Notes under the pieces: model-generated | Seen by the model: only the letters and a program-made list of their open reading frames with translations | Databases searched by the model: none | Told to the model about the DNA's origin: nothing | Translations under genes and position numbers: made by a program | From: Mycobacterium sp. | GTDB lineage: Bacteria > Actinomycetota > Actinomycetes > Mycobacteriales > Mycobacteriaceae | DNA: 64,000 nt | Reading direction: 5' to 3' | Assembly (NCBI RefSeq): GCF_035697385.1 | Contig: NZ_DASSCY010000201.1 | Span: forward strand, 22,462 to 86,461 | In this document: in pieces, positions 56,527 through 64,000 of the stretch | Layout of the letters: every line of letters begins with the position of its first letter | Position numbering within the stretch: position 1 is the stretch's first letter

Positions 56527-57404
56527 CTCCCGTTGTTGGGGCCGCCTGAGTTCTGGTCAGGGATATCGGTGATCGGGAAGTTCGGCATCGGCGTCGGCGA
56601 CGGTGTGTCAGGCAATGGCGGGATCTCGCCCGCTGGAACATCCCGAATATCGTTGGCGGGCAACCCGTTATCGCGGCCGCCGTAGCTGCTTCCTGGTGCG
56701 CGGGAGCCGAGAAGTTGGCTGACTGTCACGAGGTGATAGCCGTTGGCCTTCAGCACAGGGATGAACTGGTAGACCACATCGACGGTGCTGGAGTAGGTGT
56801 CGTGGAACAGCACGACAGAGCCCGGCTTGATCTGCGTCTTGAGCATGTAGGTGGTGGCGGCCGTGTTTGAGTCGTTGACCCAGTCGAAAGGAACGACGTC
56901 CCAAAGGATTTCGGCCATACCGAGTTTCTTGGCCGCCGCCAGCACGGCGTCGTTGGACAGACCCCCGGCTGGTCGGTACAGCGTCGGGGTGATACCCGTC
57001 GCGGCGGCGATGGCATCATTGGCCTTCGTCAGCTGGCTGCCGATCAGCTCGGGCGGGATGGTCGTCAGGTTGGGGTGTTCCCAGGTGTGGTTGGCCACCT
57101 CCATGCCGGCGTCGGCAATGCGCTTCGCGCCCGCAGGGTTGGCCGCGACCTTGTTGCCGATCAGGAAGAACGTCGAGCGCGCGTCGTTGTCTTTGAGGAT
57201 CTGCAGCAACCGGTCGGTGAACGGGCTCGGCCCGTCGTCGAACGTCAGTGCCACACACTTGACCTGTGCGCAGTCGACCTCGTCCGCATTGGCGCGGCGG
57301 ATGTGTCCGGTGAGGCCGCCGACGACCAGCACCGTGGCGGCCACCAGCACACCAAGCACGGTGCGCCAGTAGCGCCAGGCCTGGCTGTCGGGTCGTCGCG
57401 GCAC
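56523..57404 (-). CDS. Polysaccharide / peptidoglycan deacetylase (Rv1096-like)
   Basis: ALTFDDGP, NHTWEHP, YRPAGG, WDV, LFHD. Confidence 0.93.
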   Translation of the reverse strand: MPRRPDSQAWRYWRTVLGVLVAATVLVVGGLTGHIRRANADEVDCAQVKCVALTFDDGPSPFTDRLLQILKDNDARSTFFLIGNKVAANPAGAKRIADAGMEVANHTWEHPNLTTIPPELIGSQLTKANDAIAAATGITPTLYRPAGGLSNDAVLAAAKKLGMAEILWDVVPFDWVNDSNTAATTYMLKTQIKPGSVVLFHDTYSSTVDVVYQFIPVLKANGYHLVTVSQLLGSRAPGSSYGGRDNGLPANDIRDVPAGEIPPLPDTPSPTPMPNFPITDIPDQNSGGPNNGS

Positions 57405-57478
57405 GCTGGCAGCCTACCGAGTATGCGATTTGTGGAGCGCGACCGGCGCTCACCGCCGCTGCGGCGCCACAAACCGCG

Positions 57479-58792
57479 TCAGGGCAGCGCGCCGGGGCTG
57501 ATCTCCTCGAGCATCTCGGTGACCAGCGCCGCGATCGGCGACCGCTCGCTGCGCAACAGCGTGATGTGTGCGAACAACGGATGGCCCTTCAGTTTCTCGA
57601 TCACCGCCGCCACGCCGTCGTGCCGGCCCACCCGAAGGTTGTCGCGCTGGGCGACGTCGTGGGTCAGCACCACCCGCGATCCGGCGCCGAGCCTCGACAG
57701 CACGGTCAGCAGGACGTTGCGTTCCAGGGACTGCGCCTCGTCGACGATGACAAACGAGTCGTGCAGCGAGCGTCCGCGGATGTGCGTCAGCGGCAGCACC
57801 TCGAGCATGCCCCGCGCCAGCACCTCTTCGAGCACCGCGGGGCTGGCGAGACCTTCGAGGGTGTCGAAGACGGCCTGCGCCCACGGGCCCATCTTCTCGC
57901 TCTCGCTGCCAGGCAGGTAGCCGAGTTCCTGGCCGCCGACCGCGTACAGGGGCCGGAACACGACGACCTTGCGTTGGGTGCGGCGTTCCAGCACGGCTTC
58001 AAGGCCGGCGCACAGCGCGAGCGCGGACTTGCCGGTGCCCGCCTTGCCGCCGAGCGACACGATGCCCACCGACTCGTCGAGCAACAGATCCAGCGCCACC
58101 CGCTGTTCGGCGGAGCGGCCGCGCAGCCCGAAGACCTCGCGATCACCGCGCACGAGCTGCACCCGCTTCTCGGCGTTCACCCGCCCAAGCGCGTGCGAGC
58201 TGCCGCCCAGCAATCGAATACCGGTGTGGCACGGGAGATTACGGGCCGACTCCAGGTCGATCTCGCCGTCGGAGAATAGTCCGTCGATCTCCTCGGCCGA
58301 GACCTCGATCTCGTCCATCCCGGTCCAGCCCGACGTGATGACGTCCTGGGCGTGATACTCGTCGGCGGACAGGCCGACGGCGCCGGCCTTCACCCGGAGC
58401 GGAATGTCCTTGCTGACCAACGTGACCAGCTTGCCTTCGGCGGCGAGGTTCGCCGCGCAGGTCAAGATCCGCGAATCATTGCTGTCGGTCCGAAAGCCCG
58501 CGGGCAGCACCGACGGATCACTGTGGTTGAGCTCGACGTGCAGCGTACCGCCTTGCGTCCCAACGGGAATCGGCTGATCCAGCCGTCCGTGCTCGAGCCG
58601 CAGGTCGTCGAACAACCGCAGTGCCTGCCGAGCGAACCAGCCAAGCTCATGGTGATGCCGCTTGGCTTCCAGTTCACTGATGACCACCAACGGGACCACA
58701 ACTTCATGTTCGGCAAACCTTGTGCAGGCCCACGGATCGGACAGCAGCACGGAGGTGTCGAGCACGTAGGTCCGGACGAGCGAATCAGTCAC
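57479..58792 (-). CDS. phoH2: PhoH2 (PIN-PhoH RNase/helicase, Rv1095)
   Basis: [12 protein letters not shown] motif, [18 protein letters not shown]; start set to GTG 58792. Confidence 0.95.
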   Translation of the reverse strand: MTDSLVRTYVLDTSVLLSDPWACTRFAEHEVVVPLVVISELEAKRHHHELGWFARQALRLFDDLRLEHGRLDQPIPVGTQGGTLHVELNHSDPSVLPAGFRTDSNDSRILTCAANLAAEGKLVTLVSKDIPLRVKAGAVGLSADEYHAQDVITSGWTGMDEIEVSAEEIDGLFSDGEIDLESARNLPCHTGIRLLGGSSHALGRVNAEKRVQLVRGDREVFGLRGRSAEQRVALDLLLDESVGIVSLGGKAGTGKSALALCAGLEAVLERRTQRKVVVFRPLYAVGGQELGYLPGSESEKMGPWAQAVFDTLEGLASPAVLEEVLARGMLEVLPLTHIRGRSLHDSFVIVDEAQSLERNVLLTVLSRLGAGSRVVLTHDVAQRDNLRVGRHDGVAAVIEKLKGHPLFAHITLLRSERSPIAALVTEMLEEISPGALP

Positions 58793-58923
58793 GTAGCGCT
58801 CCTCAAGCACGCGCGGCCCCGCACGAACTTCTCGGCGGACACTGCGGTACCAGGACCGGGGCCGGTCCTCTCGTGATCGAAACGATCGGTACCGCCCGGA
58901 CAGCAGAGCATGTCGCTAGCCAT
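58789..58923 (-). CDS. 44-aa leaderless upstream ORF (PhoAT-like) absent from the ORF track: [44 protein letters not shown]
   Basis: Translated by hand; TAGCGT -10 8 nt before ATG; stop TGA overlaps the phoH2 GTG. Confidence 0.75.
   Translation of the reverse strand: MASDMLCCPGGTDRFDHERTGPGPGTAVSAEKFVRGRACLRSAT
58844..58895 (-). other. Predicted three-way-junction RNA structure in the phoH2 leader
   Basis: Outer stem GCGGTACC/GGTACCGC encloses hairpins GATCG-TTT-CGATC and AGGACCGG-CC-CCGGTCCT, all perfectly paired. Confidence 0.6.
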
Positions 58924-58983
58924 CGCGAACGACGCTACTCTCGTCGCGCCATATGCGCCGCGCAGGCGCGCCGTGGCTAACCG

Positions 58984-59805
58984 TCAGACGTAGGCGCGCA
59001 ACGATGGTTCGTCGGTCAGTCCCCACGCGGTGATCCGGTCGGAGATGACCTGGCGCAGCTGCTCCGGCCCGAATATGCCGGCGTCGGCCATGTGCTTGAT
59101 CTTGTCCGCATACGCGTCGATGTCGCCGCCAACCACGTCGAGTTCGGCGGCGCGGGCCGCGATGGCCGCAATGGTCTCGTCGCGGTTGGAGGACAGCAGA
59201 TGCGCGACGAGGTTGGCGAAGAACTCCTCGTGGCGCTCTTCGTCGCGGGCGATGCGGCCGATGAGTCCCTTGAGCACGGGCTCGGTGATCTGTGCCTCCA
59301 AGTTGCGGCAGAACACAGCGTGCTCGCGTTCGAAGAAGGCCATGAACACCAACCGCTCGATCTGGCTGTAGGTGTCGGCGCGGTAGCCCTTCATCACGTG
59401 CTGGACGCGCACGTCCTCGTTGGCGGCCGGGTCGATCTCGCGGGTCACGACGAGGTAGTTGCGCAACGCGATCGCGTGCAGGTGCTCCTCGGCGGTCCAC
59501 CGGCCGATCCAGCGGCCCCACTTCTCTTCCAGAATGAAGCTGAACACGAACTCGCGGTGGTAGGCGGCCAGGTTGTCCTTGGTGATCAGCAGGATCTCCA
59601 GCGCGTCGGTGACGGCCTTGGGCAGCGTCACCTGCGAGGGTTCCCAGTCGTGTCCACCGAGGAAGGCGAAGTTCTCGCCCTGGTCGAACGGCACGTAGTC
59701 GTGCGCGTACCAGAGGTCCTCCGAGTCGACGTGGCGTCGCAGCTCCTGCTGCACGACCGGTTCGAGCTCGAGGATCAGCGCATTAGGTACAGGTTTCTGT
59801 GCCAT
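58984..59805 (-). CDS. desA2: Acyl-ACP desaturase DesA2 (Rv1094)
   Basis: MAQKPVPNAL..ELEP, WTAEEHLH, IARDEERH; TACAGT -10 7 nt before ATG. Confidence 0.93.
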   Translation of the reverse strand: MAQKPVPNALILELEPVVQQELRRHVDSEDLWYAHDYVPFDQGENFAFLGGHDWEPSQVTLPKAVTDALEILLITKDNLAAYHREFVFSFILEEKWGRWIGRWTAEEHLHAIALRNYLVVTREIDPAANEDVRVQHVMKGYRADTYSQIERLVFMAFFEREHAVFCRNLEAQITEPVLKGLIGRIARDEERHEEFFANLVAHLLSSNRDETIAAIAARAAELDVVGGDIDAYADKIKHMADAGIFGPEQLRQVISDRITAWGLTDEPSLRAYV

Positions 59806-59858
59806 AAAAGTAACTGTAACCCGAGTTCACATGTTTTTTCAAAACCGGGCGCCGCGTG

Positions 59859-61181
59859 TCATCGCCTGCCGTGCAGCTCCCAGTCTTCCAGCCCGTCGTA
59901 CAGCGGAAACTCCCTGGCCAAGCGGGTGACGCGGTCGCGCAAGCCGGTGATGTCAGCCGACGGGCCGGCCGTCAGCGCGGTCGCGATGATGTCGGCGACC
60001 TCGGTGAATTCGGCGTCGCCGAAACCGCGGGTGGCCAACGCGGGAGTGCCGATCCGCAGGCCCGAGGTGACCATCGGCGGCCGCGGGTCGTTGGGTACGG
60101 CGTTGCGGTTGACGGTGATGCCGATCGAGTGCAGCAGGTCTTCGGCGGCCTTGCCGTCCAGCGCGGAGTCGCGAAGGTCGACAAGCACCAAGTGCACATC
60201 GGTGCCACCGGTGACCACGCTGACGCCGGCACGGTTGGCGTCGGCGGCAAGTAGACGCTCGGCGATGATCCGCGCGCCCGACAATGTGCGCTGCTGCCGT
60301 TCGGCGAATTCCGGCGTTCGTGCGATCTTGAACGTGACGGCCTTGGCCGCGACGACCTGCATGGCCGGGCCGCCCTGCGTTCCCGGGAACACCGACGAGT
60401 TGACGGTCTTCGCGTAGGCCTGCTTGCCAAGGATCAACCCGGAGCGCGCCCCGCCAAGCGTCTTGTGGACGGTCGTCGACACCAGGTCGGCGTGCGGCAC
60501 CGGGTTCGGGTGCAGACCGGCGGCGACCAGACCGGCGAAGTGCGCCATGTCCACCCACAGGTGCGCGCCGACCTCGTCGGCGATCGAGCGGAACGCCGCG
60601 AAGTCCTGCATGCGCGGGTAGGCCGACCAGCCCGCGATGAGCACCTGGGGCCGCAACTCTTTGGCACGGGCCCGCACGGCGTCCATGTCGATGAGTCCCG
60701 TGCCGGGATCCACTCCGTAGAAGGCGGATTCGTACACCTTGCCCGAGAAGTTCAGCTTCATGCCGTGAGTCAGGTGGCCGCCGTTGGCGAGATCCAGCCC
60801 GAGCAGCCGTTCACCTGGCGACATCAGAGCGGCCAGCACCGCCGCGTTGGCCTGTGCGCCGGAATGTGGTTGCACATTGGCGAATTCGGCGCCGAACAGC
60901 GCCTTGGCCCGTTCGCGGGCGATGTTCTCGATGACGTCGACGTGTTCGCAGCCGCCGTAGTAGCGACGGCCGGGCAGTCCCTCGGCGTACTTGTTCGTCA
61001 GCACACTGCCCTGCAGTTGCAGGACCGAACGCGGTGCGAAGTTCTCCGACGCAATCATTTCCAGCGTGTCGCGCTGGCGGCCGAGCTCTTTGTCCAGCAG
61101 CGCGGCGATATCGGGATCGACGTCGGCGAGCGGAGCCGACATGACGGACGTGGGCATACGAACATCGGGCGTCGCGGTCAC
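59859..61181 (-). CDS. glyA: Serine hydroxymethyltransferase, short GlyA1 (Rv1093) type
   Basis: IASENF, NKYAEG, GGHLTHG, DMAHFAG, TTVHKTL (PLP Lys), GLRIGT. Confidence 0.93.
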   Translation of the reverse strand: MTATPDVRMPTSVMSAPLADVDPDIAALLDKELGRQRDTLEMIASENFAPRSVLQLQGSVLTNKYAEGLPGRRYYGGCEHVDVIENIARERAKALFGAEFANVQPHSGAQANAAVLAALMSPGERLLGLDLANGGHLTHGMKLNFSGKVYESAFYGVDPGTGLIDMDAVRARAKELRPQVLIAGWSAYPRMQDFAAFRSIADEVGAHLWVDMAHFAGLVAAGLHPNPVPHADLVSTTVHKTLGGARSGLILGKQAYAKTVNSSVFPGTQGGPAMQVVAAKAVTFKIARTPEFAERQQRTLSGARIIAERLLAADANRAGVSVVTGGTDVHLVLVDLRDSALDGKAAEDLLHSIGITVNRNAVPNDPRPPMVTSGLRIGTPALATRGFGDAEFTEVADIIATALTAGPSADITGLRDRVTRLAREFPLYDGLEDWELHGRR

Positions 61182-61196
61182 GGCGGCGAGTCTGGC

Positions 61197-61213
61197 ATAC
61201 CCGGGCCGGGTAT
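61197..61213. promoter_or_regulatory. Inverted repeat ATACCCGG-G-CCGGGTAT between the two glyA genes
   Basis: Perfect 8-bp arms in a 44-bp gap, next to a CAGACT -10-like box 7 nt from the short glyA GTG. Confidence 0.45.
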
Positions 61214-61225
61214 TGGGGGCTACGT

Positions 61226-62701
61226 CTAGAGCGTCAGTCCCGGATAGAGAGGGTTGGCTGCCAGGAGTTCGCTGGCCGCGGCGTGCACGCGGTCGGCGGT
61301 GCCGTCGGCCAGCTTGTATTTGGCCTTAGAAGTGCCAGCCGTGCCTTGCGCCGGCGTGGTGTTGGACAGCACGTCGACGATGAGTTCGGCAACGCGGTCG
61401 AAGTCGTCGGGCCCGAATCCGCGCGTGGTGAGCGCAGGGGTGCCCAGCCGGATGCCGCTGGTGTACCACGCGCCGTTCGGGTCGGCGGGAACCGAGTTTC
61501 GGTTGGTGACGACGCCGGAGTCCAGCAGTGCGGATTCGGCCTGACGACCGGTCAAACCGAACGAGGTCACGTCGAGCAGCACGATGTGGTTGTCGGTGCC
61601 GCCGGTGACCAGCCCGGCGTCGCGCTTGAGGAAGCCGTCGGCCAGCGCCTGAGCGTTATCGGCGACGCGCTGCGCGTAGGCCTGGAACGACGGTTGACGG
61701 GCCTCGGCCAGCGCGACGGCCTTGGCGGCCATGACGTGAGACAACGGCCCGCCGAGCACCATTGGGCACCCCTTGTCGACGGCGTCGGCGTATTCGGGCG
61801 TGGAAAGCACCATGCCGCCGCGAGGTCCGCGCAGCGACTTGTGCGTCGTGGTTGTGGTGACGTGGGCGTGCGGCACCGGGTCCTCATCGCCGGTGAACAC
61901 CTTGCCTGCGACCAGACCGGCGAAGTGAGCCATGTCGACCATCAGGGTGGCGCCGACCTCGTCGGCGATCTCACGCATGGTCGCGAAGTTGATCCGGCGC
62001 GGGTAGGCGGAGTACCCGCCGACGATGACCAGCGGCTTGAATTCGCGGGCGGCGGCGGCGACGGCGCTGTAGTCCAAGAAGCCCGTATCCGGGTCGGTGC
62101 CGTAGCTGCGCTGGTGGAACATCTTGCCGGAGATGTTGGGCCGGAAGCCGTGGGTGAGGTGGCCGCCGGCGTCCAGCGACATCCCGAGCAGCCGCTGATT
62201 GCCGAGCTTGTTGCGCAGCTTCTCCCAGTCGGCCTCGGACAGGTCGTTGACATGCTTGGCGTTGAACTCGGCCAGCCCCGGCGTCTCGACGCGGGTAGCC
62301 AGGATCGCCCAATACGCAACGAGGTTGGCGTCGATGCCGGAGTGCGGCTGGACGTAGGCGTGCGGGGAACCGAACAGCTGCTCGGCATGCTCGGCGGCGA
62401 CGCTCTCGACGGTGTCGACGTTCTGGCAGCCGGCGTAGAACCGGTGCCCGATGGTGCCCTCGGCGTACTTGTCGGACAGCCAGCTGCCCATCGTCAGAAG
62501 CACCGCAGGGGAGGCGTAGTTCTCGCTGGCGATCAGCTTGAGCGAATCCCGTTGGTCGGCAAGCTCTTTGCGTGTCGCCGCGGCGATGCGGGGTTCGACG
62601 GACTCGATGACCTGCAGGGCTGCCTGGTAGGCGACGCTTGCGGTGTCGGCGTATTCGGCGCCGGGCGCGGCGTCGGAGGTCACGGTCGGGTCTGCAGCCA
62701 T
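61226..62701 (-). CDS. glyA: Serine hydroxymethyltransferase, long type with insertion
   Basis: [43 protein letters not shown]; extra segment of about 30 aa (TRVETPGL...LGNQR); TAGGCT -10 7 nt before ATG 62701. Confidence 0.93.
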   Translation of the reverse strand: MAADPTVTSDAAPGAEYADTASVAYQAALQVIESVEPRIAAATRKELADQRDSLKLIASENYASPAVLLTMGSWLSDKYAEGTIGHRFYAGCQNVDTVESVAAEHAEQLFGSPHAYVQPHSGIDANLVAYWAILATRVETPGLAEFNAKHVNDLSEADWEKLRNKLGNQRLLGMSLDAGGHLTHGFRPNISGKMFHQRSYGTDPDTGFLDYSAVAAAAREFKPLVIVGGYSAYPRRINFATMREIADEVGATLMVDMAHFAGLVAGKVFTGDEDPVPHAHVTTTTTHKSLRGPRGGMVLSTPEYADAVDKGCPMVLGGPLSHVMAAKAVALAEARQPSFQAYAQRVADNAQALADGFLKRDAGLVTGGTDNHIVLLDVTSFGLTGRQAESALLDSGVVTNRNSVPADPNGAWYTSGIRLGTPALTTRGFGPDDFDRVAELIVDVLSNTTPAQGTAGTSKAKYKLADGTADRVHAAASELLAANPLYPGLTL

Positions 62702-62802
62702 GGGGTTCAGCCTAATCCCCGCCTTTCGGCGCCCACTGTGCGCATTGATACGGCTGAGCGGCGAGTCGCGTATGAAACCGCACCGTCGCGGCGCGCTCCA
62801 AG

Positions 62803-64000
62803 CTATGCCGCGCGCAGCGACGACGGGATCAACGGCTCGTCGAGCAGCCTGCCGAACCGCTCGGTGAGGCCGACGCCGTCGGGCCGGGCCTCCAGCCAGC
62901 CGCGCAGCAACCGGTAACCCTCCACATAGGTGCTGGTGTACGCACGCCATAGCGGCGACGACAGGAACCGCAGGCTTTGCCGGGCACGCTCGTCGTTGAC
63001 CAGCAGCCAGCGCTTGAGGAAGGCGGCGACATTGTCGGCGTCGCGGTGCTCGTCGTGCAGCATCAGCGCGGCGTCCTGTCGGACGTCAGCCAGCGCGGCC
63101 GCGGCTTCCGACACCGCCTCGGCGCGTTCCCCGTCGAAACGAAGCCCCAGGTCGGCGTAGATCTCTTCGGCCCATCGGCCCCAGCCCGGGCCGATCGCGG
63201 CGTGCAGCGCCAGGTCGGCCAGACCCTCCGCCATCAGGCATTGCGGGGTGTTGACCAGGAAGATGGTCTGCTCGGCATGGCCCTTGCCCTCGACGAGCCC
63301 CGCCTCCTTGCGGCAGTGCTCGGTGTGGTGACCCGGATAGGACTCGTGCGCCACCAACCGCGGCAGGTTGGACATCTGCTGCTTGAGATCGGCGTTGACC
63401 GCAACCGTCGAGCGGTAGTCGCCGAGGTAGTAATTGAACCCCGACCAGGGCTTGTCGGTGACGACCTCGTAGGTGATGGTCTCGGTCTCGGGCAGCGGGT
63501 ACTGCGCGCGCACCCGGTCACGCAGTGCGCTCGAGAACGCGTGGATGGCCTCCTCGAGCCGTTCGGGCGGGATCTCCTCCCCCGCCCGGTAGGCAGCCAT
63601 GCGCTCGGCAAGCGGCCCGGTGCCGCCCAGCGCATCGTCGAGCTTGCGGTGCGCCTGCCGGTACTGCTCGGGGTCGCCTTTGGCGATGTGCACGTCGAAA
63701 TACGCCTCGACCTCGTCGACGAACCCGACATCCTGGCCGGCGAACTTGCGGGCAGCGCAGGCCAGGGCGCGCAGGTGAGCGCCGAGGTAGTCCGCCCGGG
63801 ACTGGTCGAAGCCGTTGCCGCGCGGCACGTTCGGCAGTTCGGCCAGCAGCTGCTCGGCTTGACGGGCCAGATGCGCGGGATCCGGTTGCGGCTCGTCTCC
63901 GACGACACGGCGCAGCGCCGGGTCTCCGGTGAAGGAGTCGACGTAACCCTCCTCGACCCGGTCAAAGCGCAGGCCGAGCAGCAGATACTCGCGGATGAGG
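62803..64000 (-). CDS. DUF885-family protein, 5' end beyond the window
   Basis: Frame stays open to the right edge ([14 protein letters not shown]...); AHESYPGHH motif, MAEGLAD, YVEGY. Confidence 0.8.
   Translation of the reverse strand, partial: LIREYLLLGLRFDRVEEGYVDSFTGDPALRRVVGDEPQPDPAHLARQAEQLLAELPNVPRGNGFDQSRADYLGAHLRALACAARKFAGQDVGFVDEVEAYFDVHIAKGDPEQYRQAHRKLDDALGGTGPLAERMAAYRAGEEIPPERLEEAIHAFSSALRDRVRAQYPLPETETITYEVVTDKPWSGFNYYLGDYRSTVAVNADLKQQMSNLPRLVAHESYPGHHTEHCRKEAGLVEGKGHAEQTIFLVNTPQCLMAEGLADLALHAAIGPGWGRWAEEIYADLGLRFDGERAEAVSEAAAALADVRQDAALMLHDEHRDADNVAAFLKRWLLVNDERARQSLRFLSSPLWRAYTSTYVEGYRLLRGWLEARPDGVGLTERFGRLLDEPLIPSSLRAA

Noticed and set aside
62702-62802. Possible ZMP/ZTP (pfl) riboswitch upstream of glyA
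   Set aside because: Only a partial GCGACT match without the other conserved elements, and a -10 box 7 nt from the ATG implies a leaderless mRNA with no room for a riboswitch.
1-64000. tRNA, rRNA, transposase, integrase, phage or restriction/defence genes other than the TA modules
   Set aside because: No supporting motifs or structures seen by eye; weak RNA genes cannot be fully excluded without a covariance-model search.

Overview
High-GC actinobacterial chromosome segment, almost certainly a mycobacterium (Mycolicibacterium-like). It is syntenic with the M. tuberculosis Rv1093-Rv1125 region: glyA, desA2, phoH2, Rv1096, fum, glpX, Rv1100, Rv1101c, hsd, xseB/xseA, Rv1109c, ispH, Rv1111c, ychF, Rv1118c, Rv1120c, bpoB-like, ephC, Rv1125. 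Ortholog assignments come from motifs, gene order and recalled sequences, not from database searches. Accessory blocks interrupt the backbone: a complete Mce3-like operon ending in ephC; a kinase/PLP-enzyme fusion cluster; a serine hydrolase, RidA and RelBE module at the ychF 3' end; an extra PBP; a sulfatase-HAD-FGE cluster; two SDRs behind a KstR-type box; two tandem LAL (ATPase-LuxR) regulators; and two different SHMT genes in tandem. The most striking observation is that the relBE pair is bracketed by a second copy of the last 8 codons of ychF (VEFRFNV*, differing only at synonymous positions), i.e. a 629-bp att-like cassette with no integrase in the window. Other notable signals are a compact three-way-junction RNA inside a 44-aa leaderless ORF upstream of phoH2, an inverted repeat at about -43 of a small ORF behind the LAL pair, two KstR-type boxes, and short ORFs missed by the ORF track. 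No tRNA, rRNA, CRISPR array, transposase or integrase was seen.
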